Positions 1 through 8,408 of a stretch of 46,995 nt of DNA are shown here, piece by piece; the stretch's first letter is position 1; the number at the start of each line of letters is the position of its first letter. Below the pieces are notes generated by a model that saw only the letters and a list, made by a program, of their open reading frames with translations, was not told the origin of the DNA and ran no database searches. The translations under genes and the position numbers were made by a program. The stretch is from an uncultured Desulfurococcaceae archaeon (GTDB lineage: Archaea > Thermoproteota > Thermoprotei_A > Sulfolobales > NBVN01): the NCBI GenBank assembly GCA_964522175.1, contig CAZFVC010000002.1, forward strand, positions 1-46,995, given 5' to 3'.

Positions 1-74
1 TAGGTAAAAAAGATGTTTTTGAAGTAAAGTCACCTCCACCTCAGCCCTATGTATGCGAGTCTCCATATTTCTTC

Positions 75-713
75 TTGCTTCAGGTTCTCTCCCGTCAATA
101 CATGAAAAAAGGTTACGTAATGTTCACAGATACTGTAAGTTTCCTTGATCCTTCAACGGGAGAAGCCTTTCTTATATTGGGTTACCCTCATACTGGAAAA
201 AGCACAATTCTAGCTTTAGCCTACTCAAAGGGAATGATAGCATTATCCACGGAGAATACTTTATTGAAGATAAATAGAGACTATGCCGAAATAGTGGGAG
301 GAACCAAAATCCTAGTATATGACCCAATAATAAAGGAGCTTTATAACATAACCTTAACACCTCAGTCAATGACCAGACATGGATACGGCATAATAGATCT
401 GACTAGCCTTGAGGAACCGGTTCCAAAAATACATTCAATTTATGTTATATATTGTTCCTTTACATCGATGGGTGTCAATAAAAAGAAAGTCTCTGGCAGG
501 AAAGCCATGAAGCTTCTGTGGCATTTCTCGAGTTCTGTAATTAGGGGTCTCGACTATTATGAGCCTATTCCATTGAATCTCTCAGATCTTGCGCTAGAGG
601 AGAAACTGGTGAACGACCTACATCATCTGGTTGACATATACAGTGGAAGGTTTTACGAGGTTTTCGGGTCTCACCGCACAGTGTTTGAACATATAACGAG
701 TTTAGTTAATTAA
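75..713 (+). CDS. Hypothetical P-loop protein (HPr-kinase-like Walker A domain)
   Basis: 212-aa ORF with a TTG start; in-frame ATGs at 102 and 120 are alternative starts. The Walker-A-like GYPHTGKST followed by ...ALSTEN resembles HprK-related kinase domains. No other motif recognised. Confidence 0.4.
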   Translation: MLQVLSRQYMKKGYVMFTDTVSFLDPSTGEAFLILGYPHTGKSTILALAYSKGMIALSTENTLLKINRDYAEIVGGTKILVYDPIIKELYNITLTPQSMTRHGYGIIDLTSLEEPVPKIHSIYVIYCSFTSMGVNKKKVSGRKAMKLLWHFSSSVIRGLDYYEPIPLNLSDLALEEKLVNDLHHLVDIYSGRFYEVFGSHRTVFEHITSLVN

Positions 714-743
714 GCCTCAATCACAACATTCAGGTGAGCAGAT

Positions 744-983
744 ATGTGTCTAGGAATACCTGCGAAAGTGATTAAGGTCTGGAAGGAGAAGGAGATGAGG
801 TACGCTACTGTAGAGATGGGAGGGATCCAGAAAAATGTTTTAATAGTGATGTCAGACCCTGTTGACAGTGGAGACTACATAATAGTTCATGCAGGCATGG
901 GTATATCTAAAATTTCGGAAGAGGAAGTTGAGAGAACCCTTAAAATATGGGAAGAATATCTTAAGGAATTGGAGGCTACTTAA
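744..983 (+). CDS. hypC: [NiFe] hydrogenase assembly chaperone HypC/HupF
   Basis: 79 aa. The N-terminal MCLGIPAKV carries the invariant Cys2 signature of the HypC family, and the size is typical. Confidence 0.9.
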   Translation: MCLGIPAKVIKVWKEKEMRYATVEMGGIQKNVLIVMSDPVDSGDYIIVHAGMGISKISEEEVERTLKIWEEYLKELEAT

Positions 984-1004
984 TTATTATACAAAAAAAT
1001 ACCT

Positions 1005-1118
1005 TAGATGTCAATTTAACTGCTTCATTCTACTATATGGTCTAGAACTCAAAATTTTTAGGATTTTCAGCGTTTATTTGATAAGAATAAAAAGAAATAT
1101 GTGTGAAATTGACATCTA
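1005..1118. repeat. Perfect 13-bp inverted repeat pair (TAGATGTCAATTT / AAATTGACATCTA) separated by 88 nt
   Basis: Read directly: 1005-1017 is the exact reverse complement of 1106-1118. It lies in the AT-rich hypC/asnA-like intergenic region. The right arm abuts a TATA-like CATATAAT (1121-1128) upstream of the asnA-like start. Confidence 0.8.
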
Positions 1119-1142
1119 GCCATATAATGAGTACCATATACT

Positions 1143-2174
1143 TTGTTGTGTGGTAAAATGGTGAGCATGTTAAAATCTAGGGGTGTTGATCCTTCAAAGC
1201 CAGAAGTATTCGCTAGGCAGAGCTACCTTGCCTTGCTCGAACCGAAATATAAGAAGGTTATGATTATTCAGAATCGATTAATGAGTTACCTTAGGGAGCG
1301 ACTTGCCTCATATGGATTCATCGAGCTCCTCCCACCCATGATAAGCACTGCAAGTGATCCTGGCTTAAGAGGAGCATCGAAACTAACCACTAAGCTATAT
1401 GGGTACAGATATGAATTAACTTCTAGCACCATAATGTTCAAGCAGATAGCTGCTTCTTCTCTAACTAAAATATTTTTCATGGCAAGAAATGTGAGGGAAG
1501 AGCCTCCAGAAAACCTCTATACTGGCAGGCATTTAGCAGAGTTCACGCAATTAGATGTTGAGTGGGCGGAGGCAGATATGGATGATGTAATGCGTCTAGT
1601 TGAAGACATTGTATATTATGCATGGATCAAGACGATAGAAGAAAGCTACAATATCCTGAAAGAATTCAGAAAAGAGTTTCCGAGTATGAGGCCCCCCTTC
1701 AGAAAGATCACATATGATGAGGCTCTCTCGCTGGCTAAAGGGCTAGGTTATAAGGTAGCTGATGGCAAGGAGCTTCCTCAGGAAGCTGAAGAGGCTCTCA
1801 GCAGGGAGTTCAAGGAGCCTTTCTGGATAACCAACTTCCCAACAAGTTCTAGAGGGTTCTACTACTTAGAAACATTCGATGGATCGGGCAGGAATAGGGA
1901 CTTCAACTTGATTCTGCCTGAAGGATTTGGGGAACTAGTTGATGGAGGAGAAAGGGATTACAGATATGGGCAAATAAAGGAGAGAATTAAGGCTCTAGGA
2001 GAAGATCTAAGTAAGTACGAGTGGTTTATGGAGGCTTTGAAGGACGGGATTGTTAAACCATCAGCAGGTTTCGGTCTTGGAATTGAGAGATTCACGAGAT
2101 TCGTTCTGGGGCTAAAGTATATATGGGAAGCTGTCCCATTCCCTAAGCCGCCGGGGATAGCACCAACACCTTAA
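1143..2174 (+). CDS. asnA: Archaeal asparagine synthetase A-like protein (AsnRS catalytic-core paralogue lacking the anticodon-binding domain)
   Basis: Class II aaRS core motifs are present: GRHLAEFTQLDVEW (motif 2 region), GGERD, and GFGLGIERFTRFV (motif 3), with a C-terminal PFPKPPGI tail. At 343 aa it is too short for a tRNA synthetase. The true start may be ATG 1158 (MVSMLK). Confidence 0.75.
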   Translation: MLCGKMVSMLKSRGVDPSKPEVFARQSYLALLEPKYKKVMIIQNRLMSYLRERLASYGFIELLPPMISTASDPGLRGASKLTTKLYGYRYELTSSTIMFKQIAASSLTKIFFMARNVREEPPENLYTGRHLAEFTQLDVEWAEADMDDVMRLVEDIVYYAWIKTIEESYNILKEFRKEFPSMRPPFRKITYDEALSLAKGLGYKVADGKELPQEAEEALSREFKEPFWITNFPTSSRGFYYLETFDGSGRNRDFNLILPEGFGELVDGGERDYRYGQIKERIKALGEDLSKYEWFMEALKDGIVKPSAGFGLGIERFTRFVLGLKYIWEAVPFPKPPGIAPTP

Positions 2175-2216
2175 ATAACTTAATAACCTAGTATAAGATA
2201 CATCAAGGGGTCTTTC

Positions 2217-2699
2217 TTGGATGAACTAAGCCGTAAAATCCTACGCATACTTCAGAAGGACGCAAGAACCTCGATATCCGAAATAGCCCATAAAGTGGGA
2301 AGGCCCAGAACAACAGTGGCACAAAGAATTAGGAAGCTGGAGGACAATGGCGTAATAACTTCGTATAGAGCTCTGATAGATCCTTATAAAGTAGGTTTCA
2401 GGTATCATGCTGTCGTTATGCTGAAGGTTAGGAAAGGGTCCAAGTCTTTTATGAGTCAGATTGAGATAGCTAAGAAAATAGTTAATGAGTGTGCCTCTAG
2501 GACTGACCTACCATTCGTTGATGAAGCACTTATTCTTACAGGAGGCTACGATATATTAATGAGGATCTGGGTAAGAGAGTGGAAAGATCTTAGCAGATTT
2601 CTCCTAGAATATCTCCCCCGTATAGATGAAGTGGCGTCGACGGAGACATTAATGGTTCTTGAGAAAGTTCCAGAGACTCCGAAATCATTCCCGATATAA
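2217..2699 (+). CDS. Lrp/AsnC family transcriptional regulator
   Basis: N-terminal HTH (ILRILQKDARTSISEIAHKVGRPRTTVAQRIRKLEDNGVI) followed by a C-terminal RAM/effector-type domain. 160 aa, TTG start. Confidence 0.85.
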   Translation: MDELSRKILRILQKDARTSISEIAHKVGRPRTTVAQRIRKLEDNGVITSYRALIDPYKVGFRYHAVVMLKVRKGSKSFMSQIEIAKKIVNECASRTDLPFVDEALILTGGYDILMRIWVREWKDLSRFLLEYLPRIDEVASTETLMVLEKVPETPKSFPI

Positions 2700-2744
2700 T
2701 CATGTATTTAATTAGGTTCCTTTGTTCATATATCGGTGTAGGTA

Positions 2745-3143
2745 TTGGTTCATGAATGGGCATTGGCTGAAGCGATTGTTGAATATGTAAAGTCAAACTA
2801 CCCAAACGTTAACAAGTTCAGGAGAATTGAAATTCTCCTAGGAGAGCTTCAGTCCATAGATGAAGAAATTCTTGGCTTTTCCCTAAAAGAAATATTAAAT
2901 TCTGAAAAGATTGCTGTTGATGAGCTTGTCTTAAGTGAGGAGGAGGCCGTACTTAGATGTAGAAGGTGCAGACATGAGTGGAGACTCAAAGAGTTGAAGC
3001 TGGAGGATGAGGTTAAAGAGGCTATACATTTCGTTCCTGAGGTGGTCCACTCCTTCATTAAGTGCCCTAAATGTGGTTCTAGAGATTTTGAAGTGGTTAG
3101 AGGTAGAGGAGTGTATGTGAAGGAGGTGATTCCGTATGAGTGA
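2745..3143 (+). CDS. hypA: Hydrogenase nickel-insertion metallochaperone HypA
   Basis: (M)VHEWALAEAIV N-terminus and the CRRC...CPKC zinc site. Collinear by eye with Thermococcus-type HypA. TTG is the only in-frame start after the TAG at 2739. Confidence 0.9.
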   Translation: MVHEWALAEAIVEYVKSNYPNVNKFRRIEILLGELQSIDEEILGFSLKEILNSEKIAVDELVLSEEEAVLRCRRCRHEWRLKELKLEDEVKEAIHFVPEVVHSFIKCPKCGSRDFEVVRGRGVYVKEVIPYE

Positions 3144-3909
3144 AAACATGAAGATTAAGTTCGGGGAAAAAGATCCTCGACTAATGGTGCTGGATAAAAG
3201 GGTTTCAAAAGTTGGGAGAATACTACCTGTAATGAGCTCTAAAGGAGGAGTTGGAAAAACCCTTGTATCTGTGGGTCTTTCATTAGCTCTAAAGGATCTC
3301 GGCTATCAAGTGGGTTTACTGGACCTCGACATTACCAATCCGTCAGCTCATGTAGCCTTAGGAGTATCTATCGAGAAATTCCCTGAGGAGGAGAAAGGCG
3401 TAAGGCCACCATTAGTTAATGGAGTTGAATTCATGAGTGTTGCCTACTACTCCGGAGACTCTCCTCTTCCCTTAAGGGGCCCGGATATTGACAATGCGAT
3501 AAAGGAAATCCTTGCTATAACTATTTGGGGGAACCTAGATTTCCTAATTATCGATAGCCCACCTGGACTTTCGGATGAGGTTCTGGATATTCTCTCATTC
3601 TTCAAGAACTCTGAACCAATAATTGTAGCGACACCATCTCCTCTTGCTGTGAATTCCGTGAGGAAGCTACTTGAACTTCTGAAAGACTATAGTAGTGCTA
3701 ATCCCCTCGGCTTAATCGAGAATATGGCTGCTCAGCCCTCAAAGACAATAGAGAGTCTAGCTGCGAAATATTCCGTTCAATACCTTGGAAACATTAGAAA
3801 AGACCCAAGAATAGATTACAATATTGGAGATCCAGAGAAAATTAGGGAGTCAACATTCTTCAAGGATTTATCAGAAATCGCCTGGAAAATAGTTCAAAAC
3901 TCTTTCTAA
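3136..3909 (+). CDS. hypB: Mrp/MinD-family ATPase, ATPase-type HypB
   Basis: Deviant Walker A SSKGGVGKT and the IIDSPPG switch region. It overlaps the hypA stop by 8 nt. Thermococcales use this ATPase type as HypB. A generic Mrp/ApbC Fe-S carrier cannot be excluded. Confidence 0.65.
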   Translation: MSENMKIKFGEKDPRLMVLDKRVSKVGRILPVMSSKGGVGKTLVSVGLSLALKDLGYQVGLLDLDITNPSAHVALGVSIEKFPEEEKGVRPPLVNGVEFMSVAYYSGDSPLPLRGPDIDNAIKEILAITIWGNLDFLIIDSPPGLSDEVLDILSFFKNSEPIIVATPSPLAVNSVRKLLELLKDYSSANPLGLIENMAAQPSKTIESLAAKYSVQYLGNIRKDPRIDYNIGDPEKIRESTFFKDLSEIAWKIVQNSF

Positions 3910-4443
3910 ATGTTCCTATTTATGCTAGGAAGTGTGGAGAAAATGGATGCTTATGAAGCTCTTAAGACTGTTAAGGAATACATATGCTCTAAGGATTCTG
4001 CTGTAGTGTGTACAGGTACTGAGCTGAGAAGTGATGATAAGGTCGGGCTTCTATTCTGTGAAAGAATAGAAGAACTCGCTAAAGAAAAAGAGATAGCTCT
4101 CATTAAGTGTCCATACGGTCTGGAAAACTGTCTTAATGAGTTGATTAATGTAAAACCTAAAAAACTTCTTCTTATTGATGCCTGCCTCCCGTCGCAGAAA
4201 ATAGAAAGACCTTTCGTTATAGCGGATTTAAATTCCGTAACAGCAAACTATTTAGCAACCACCCATAACATTCCCATAACTATTACGCTTGGGTACCTTA
4301 GAATGAATAATGTAGCCCAAGAAGTCAAATTTCTAGGTATTGTTGCGCATAATTTAGAGTTCGGTGAGGAGCTGAGCGAAAAGGTTGAACGAGCCTTGAA
4401 TGAACTAGTGGAGGCATTTAAGGAGATATTAAAGGAGTGTTGA
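3910..4443 (+). CDS. hycI: Hydrogenase maturation endopeptidase (HycI/HybD family)
   Basis: Motifs GTELRSDDKVG, LLIDAC and ATTHNIP correspond to the metal-ligand motifs of the family. It abuts hypB. The large subunit at 10556-11761 carries a cleavable tail. Confidence 0.8.
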   Translation: MFLFMLGSVEKMDAYEALKTVKEYICSKDSAVVCTGTELRSDDKVGLLFCERIEELAKEKEIALIKCPYGLENCLNELINVKPKKLLLIDACLPSQKIERPFVIADLNSVTANYLATTHNIPITITLGYLRMNNVAQEVKFLGIVAHNLEFGEELSEKVERALNELVEAFKEILKEC

Positions 4444-4444
4444 T

Positions 4445-5455
4445 TTAAAAAGAAAAAGCGGAAATAGTCATAGCTGCAACTAGGGCAATTACGCTGGGGA
4501 TTAGGGAATACCGCACCAGTGTTGAGATTGCCTGCTCTATTCTGAACCTGCCAAACACCGATCTGATTATTGCTACGACAGTTAGCAACACTATATACTT
4601 CGCTATAAAGACCAAAACTCCTAAAATACTCAGGTGTGGGAACGGATAGGGCCCTCCGAGGAAGAGGTAGGTGGTTATTAGAAGGGTCACTGCAAGATCT
4701 GACTCGTGGAGCAGATTACTTAAGGCAAGTAGAGGTCCGCTGAACTCAGTCATTGGACCTGCAATTAATTCCTGCTCCGCTTCAGGAATATTAAAGGGTG
4801 CAAGCATCGCTTTAGACTGCGTAACCACAGTAACAGCCACTAACGATAAGAACAGTATTATTGCTGTAACGGGGTTAGACCACAGCATCCACACTTTTTG
4901 AGAAGTCTCAAAGACGGAGTAAGGAACTTCTGACCCAATTACCCCATTAACCAACGCAATCGGTACCAAAATAGATATGAAGTAGGCTGGCTCACATATA
5001 GCATATATTGATAGAAGCCTAGATACTCCACCAGCTGTGAAGGGGTTTGGTAAAGAGAGGGCCATCACAATCGTTGCCAGTGGAACCCACACACAGCAGA
5101 AGTATGAGATAGCTATTATATCATAAGACAACACCAGCCTTAGAGGAGATAGAGGTAGCAGGAGCAATACAGCTATTACTGCCCCTATTCCCAGGAACGC
5201 AAACACTTTAGCCAGCTTTAATGTGGAATACTTCTGCCTTATTTCCTCCTTAACAGTTATCAGTTTTATGAAGTCTGCGAAAGGTTGAAGTATGCCGAAG
5301 GGACCCACATAGGATGGCCCCATTCTTTTTTGGGCCCTTGCAGTAATTTTCCTTAGCCACCATTCACTAAGCATGGTTAAGACGGACACGAAAATGAGAC
5401 CAGGAAATACAAGGATTGAAAACAGGAATAGAAGTATTTCATTCACTCCTACCAT
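4445..5455 (-). CDS. mbhM: Membrane-bound hydrogenase subunit MbhM (NuoH/HycD-like)
   Basis: KRMGPSYVGPFGILQPFADFIKL is the NuoH-family signature, and the protein is polytopic. I prefer ATG 5455 (an ATGGTAG overlap with the upstream stop) over the track start at 5524. Confidence 0.85.
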   Translation of the reverse strand: MVGVNEILLFLFSILVFPGLIFVSVLTMLSEWWLRKITARAQKRMGPSYVGPFGILQPFADFIKLITVKEEIRQKYSTLKLAKVFAFLGIGAVIAVLLLLPLSPLRLVLSYDIIAISYFCCVWVPLATIVMALSLPNPFTAGGVSRLLSIYAICEPAYFISILVPIALVNGVIGSEVPYSVFETSQKVWMLWSNPVTAIILFLSLVAVTVVTQSKAMLAPFNIPEAEQELIAGPMTEFSGPLLALSNLLHESDLAVTLLITTYLFLGGPYPFPHLSILGVLVFIAKYIVLLTVVAIIRSVFGRFRIEQAISTLVRYSLIPSVIALVAAMTISAFSF

Positions 5456-5838
5456 GCTGACCACCCCCAAATAATGTATGCAACTATACCGACCAGCGCA
5501 ATAAGGGATCCTATCCCCATCCATAACGACATATAGCTACCCCAGTCATTGAGGTTTCCACTATGCATCACTTCCCTGAGATAGAGATACAGCTTCTTCC
5601 CCCATCCCTTAACAAATCCCCAATATAGCGCATCGATCGGGGCGTCTACTCGTGAAACTACACTCTCAGCTTCTCCAGCGAGATATGGATTATACTTCTC
5701 ACTCTCACCGCCTTCCGCATGTTTAGGTTTCGTCAATTCGAATAACGCTGCAACTATTCCAGCTGCTAAGACCATTACGCCCGTAAGAATTAGGACACCG
5801 ATCTGAGAGTTAACTACTTCTACTATTGGATCTACCAT
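5449..5838 (-). CDS. Small two-TM subunit, MbhI-like
   Basis: 129 aa with a TM-loop-TM layout. Its position between the antiporter-like and NuoH-like subunits matches MbhI. Called by position and topology only. Confidence 0.5.
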   Translation of the reverse strand: MVDPIVEVVNSQIGVLILTGVMVLAAGIVAALFELTKPKHAEGGESEKYNPYLAGEAESVVSRVDAPIDALYWGFVKGWGKKLYLYLREVMHSGNLNDWGSYMSLWMGIGSLIALVGIVAYIIWGWSAW

Positions 5839-5844
5839 TCTTCA

Positions 5845-7473
5845 TCACCCCATAGGAGTTAAGGCTGATATAGCCCTGAGGAATGCCTGCACATAATTGT
5901 TCACACCTCCAGGCATAATTGAGGCATCTATTACTCCGCCGAGGAAGCCTGTGAGCAAAGGTGAGAGGAGCCCTAGGGCAAGGCAAGCTATACCCATCAG
6001 TGTTACCACCCCAGTAGGTAGAGAGATCTGACCCTTCAGGTCCTTAACGTCTTTAGGAGGTCGGAACCAAACGGAATACATCACTTTCGCGTAACCCAGT
6101 ACCGAGATGGCGGAAATAGCCACAATTAAGGCTGACACAATAGGAAGTCCTGCCTTGAAGAAAGCTGAGTAAAGGAGGAACTTGCTAAAGAAGCCTCCAA
6201 ATGGGGGAATGCCCATCAACTGGAAGAACCCTAGGAATAGAGCTACAGCTACCCAAGGATATTTTCTGCCCACACCAGCCATATCATCAAGATCCCTACT
6301 TCCTCCTGCAGCCGCTATTAAGACTCCAGCAGCGAGGAAAAGCAGTGCCTTACCCACGCTGTGGTTAATGATGTGATAGAGTGCCCCGGAGAGACCAAGA
6401 GCTGAAGCATCCTGAGGGACGGAGCTGAAACCTATCGATATCCCCATAAATATCAGACCTATGTGGCTGACAGTGCTGTAGGCAAGGAGTCGCTTAATAT
6501 CTCTCTGCACAATCATCATTAATACTCCTATTAAACCAGAGCCTATACCTAGGATTAGCAGGGCCGTAAGGAAGAGGTCACGGTATCCTGTAACAGTTGC
6601 TATAACGGAGCTATCACCGAAGATAGTATAGAGAAATCTTAGGGATGCATATGCTCCTATATTGACCACAAGTCCTGACAGAGCAGCTGACACAGGTGTA
6701 GGGGCCTCGGGATGAGCGTCAGGAAGCCAGAAGTGATTAGGGAATAGAGCGGATTTGTAAGTGAATGCCCATAGCGCTAATGCTAGAGCTATTAATGTCG
6801 CTATAGAAATTGCTCCATATACTGAACCGCTGTAAGGAACGTAGGGAACTGTTCTGGACTTAAGCGCCATATCAGCCATGTTCAAGGTTCCGTATGAGCC
6901 GTACAGAAACACCAACGCAATGAAGTATACTGTTGTCGCTGCGGCTCCTATGAGTCCATACTTAATAGCGGCCTCAATTGCTTGAGGCCGTCCCCTGTAA
7001 AATCCTACTAGAGCGTAAGCGGATATAGAAAGGACTTCAATCATCACGAAGAGGTTGAAGGCATCACCAGTATATAGACATCCCAACAAACCAGCTGTTA
7101 AGCCCAATATAAGAGTGTAGTAGTATTGCACACCGTCGGAGGTCTTCATATACCATGAGCTATAGAGAACTATGAAGAAGATTAGCCATCCAGTAAGCGC
7201 AGCCAGTACGGCATTCAGCTGATCAACCTCGTAAATTATCCCCAGAGGAGGTGGCCAACCGCCGAATGCATAGACCTGAGTCCCCTCATTAACAGCTATC
7301 CAGAGATTAAATGTAGAAACTAAAGCCACAACTAACGAAACTAATGTTGCGTAAGCATGGAAAAACGTCCTCGACTTAATTACGAGGGAAAGCAACGGAA
7401 TTATGAATGCCAAGACTATTGTTGCCGGAACCAAGGCCCCAATTGAAATCATTCCTGCCTCCATATACCCCAC
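5845..7473 (-). CDS. mbhH: Antiporter-like subunit MbhH (NuoL/N/MrpD family)
   Basis: 542-aa polytopic protein with proton-antiporter-type motifs (WLPDAHPEAPTPVSA, HIINHSVGKALLFL). Confidence 0.85.
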   Translation of the reverse strand: MGYMEAGMISIGALVPATIVLAFIIPLLSLVIKSRTFFHAYATLVSLVVALVSTFNLWIAVNEGTQVYAFGGWPPPLGIIYEVDQLNAVLAALTGWLIFFIVLYSSWYMKTSDGVQYYYTLILGLTAGLLGCLYTGDAFNLFVMIEVLSISAYALVGFYRGRPQAIEAAIKYGLIGAAATTVYFIALVFLYGSYGTLNMADMALKSRTVPYVPYSGSVYGAISIATLIALALALWAFTYKSALFPNHFWLPDAHPEAPTPVSAALSGLVVNIGAYASLRFLYTIFGDSSVIATVTGYRDLFLTALLILGIGSGLIGVLMMIVQRDIKRLLAYSTVSHIGLIFMGISIGFSSVPQDASALGLSGALYHIINHSVGKALLFLAAGVLIAAAGGSRDLDDMAGVGRKYPWVAVALFLGFFQLMGIPPFGGFFSKFLLYSAFFKAGLPIVSALIVAISAISVLGYAKVMYSVWFRPPKDVKDLKGQISLPTGVVTLMGIACLALGLLSPLLTGFLGGVIDASIMPGGVNNYVQAFLRAISALTPMG

Positions 7474-7476
7474 CTC

Positions 7477-7992
7477 TTATTCAAACACCCTCCACGCGTA
7501 CTTCTCAAAAACATTCGAAATTCTTAATCTAGCCTCCTCAGGGTCAGTAGTTTTCACATCTATCCAGTGGACATAGAGATTCCTCTCTGCAGGATCAACA
7601 TCTACCACCACAGTGCCTGGAGTATTAGTTATGGAATTTGCTATCGTAGTCATTGCATAATCAGTTCTAACGCTGTAGGGTACCTTCACTATTCCTGGAT
7701 TTATGGGCATAGATGGTGAAAGTATCCTCCTCATTACATCTAAGTGAGCCTTAACCTCATCAACGAAGAAATATCTGAGCCCGTAAATTATTAGCCATAG
7801 ACCTCTCCACACCTGCAAGAGTTTAACAGGATTCTCTACTGCAAGATTTGCGGTAAGGAGACCTACTGCTATACCCACAAGTATTCCTGTCAATAGGTCA
7901 TACCCGCTGGCCGATCCACTGAAGATCATATATACCACAAATCCCAGCAGTCCCGGTCCGAGCGCCTTAGCTATCCTGCTCACCCACATCAC
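7477..7992 (-). CDS. MrpE/MnhE-like subunit (MbhA-like)
   Basis: 171 aa with two N-terminal TM segments, then ...IANSITNTPGTVVVDVD...LYVHW, which is typical of MnhE. Confidence 0.7.
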   Translation of the reverse strand: MMWVSRIAKALGPGLLGFVVYMIFSGSASGYDLLTGILVGIAVGLLTANLAVENPVKLLQVWRGLWLIIYGLRYFFVDEVKAHLDVMRRILSPSMPINPGIVKVPYSVRTDYAMTTIANSITNTPGTVVVDVDPAERNLYVHWIDVKTTDPEEARLRISNVFEKYAWRVFE

Positions 7993-8408
7993 CCCTTCAA
8001 CTTAGTTATTTTTCTAACATCCAACGTTCCGTATAGGCGGTAAAGCTGAAGAGCCAGAAAGACGAGGAAAACAGTTACCGCTAATCCTATTACGACAGCA
8101 GTGAGCACCAGCGCCTGCGGTAGTGGGTCGACAGCCACTTGGGTGAACATCTGGATCTCTTCCCCCGTTGGGTGGAGGCTAGTCAGCACTGGAGGGATTG
8201 GAGCCTTATTGGGGGAGGGCCACGAACGGTAACCTACTATAATTGCCAACACGTTTGCGCTGTCTCCAAGTATGGTTAGGGCAATTATTTTCTTTATTAT
8301 ATTAGGTCTCCGGAAGACGGCATAAAGCGATATGCCGATATTCATGATGACCGTATATATCATTAAGGAAAATAGGAAGATGTTTACCTCAATGCTCACT
8401 TTCCTCAC
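7989..8408 (-). CDS. MrpC/NuoK-like subunit (MbhG-like)
   Basis: 139 aa with three TM segments. GISLYAVFRRPNIIKKIIALTILGDSANV resembles NuoK/MnhC. Confidence 0.65.
   Translation of the reverse strand: MRKVSIEVNIFLFSLMIYTVIMNIGISLYAVFRRPNIIKKIIALTILGDSANVLAIIVGYRSWPSPNKAPIPPVLTSLHPTGEEIQMFTQVAVDPLPQALVLTAVVIGLAVTVFLVFLALQLYRLYGTLDVRKITKLKG

Noticed and set aside
889-1119. 76-aa ORF spanning the hypC 3' end and the intergenic spacer
   Set aside because: It overlaps hypC out of frame and runs through AT-rich promoter-like DNA. Its composition (Lys/Ile/Leu/Arg-rich) is typical of random AT-rich frames.
4441-4447. Convergent stop codons of hycI and mbhM separated by one nucleotide, with no terminator space
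   Set aside because: Tight convergent packing is common in compact archaeal genomes, and T-rich tracts inside the opposing 3' ends can serve as terminators. It is not evidence of anything unusual by itself.
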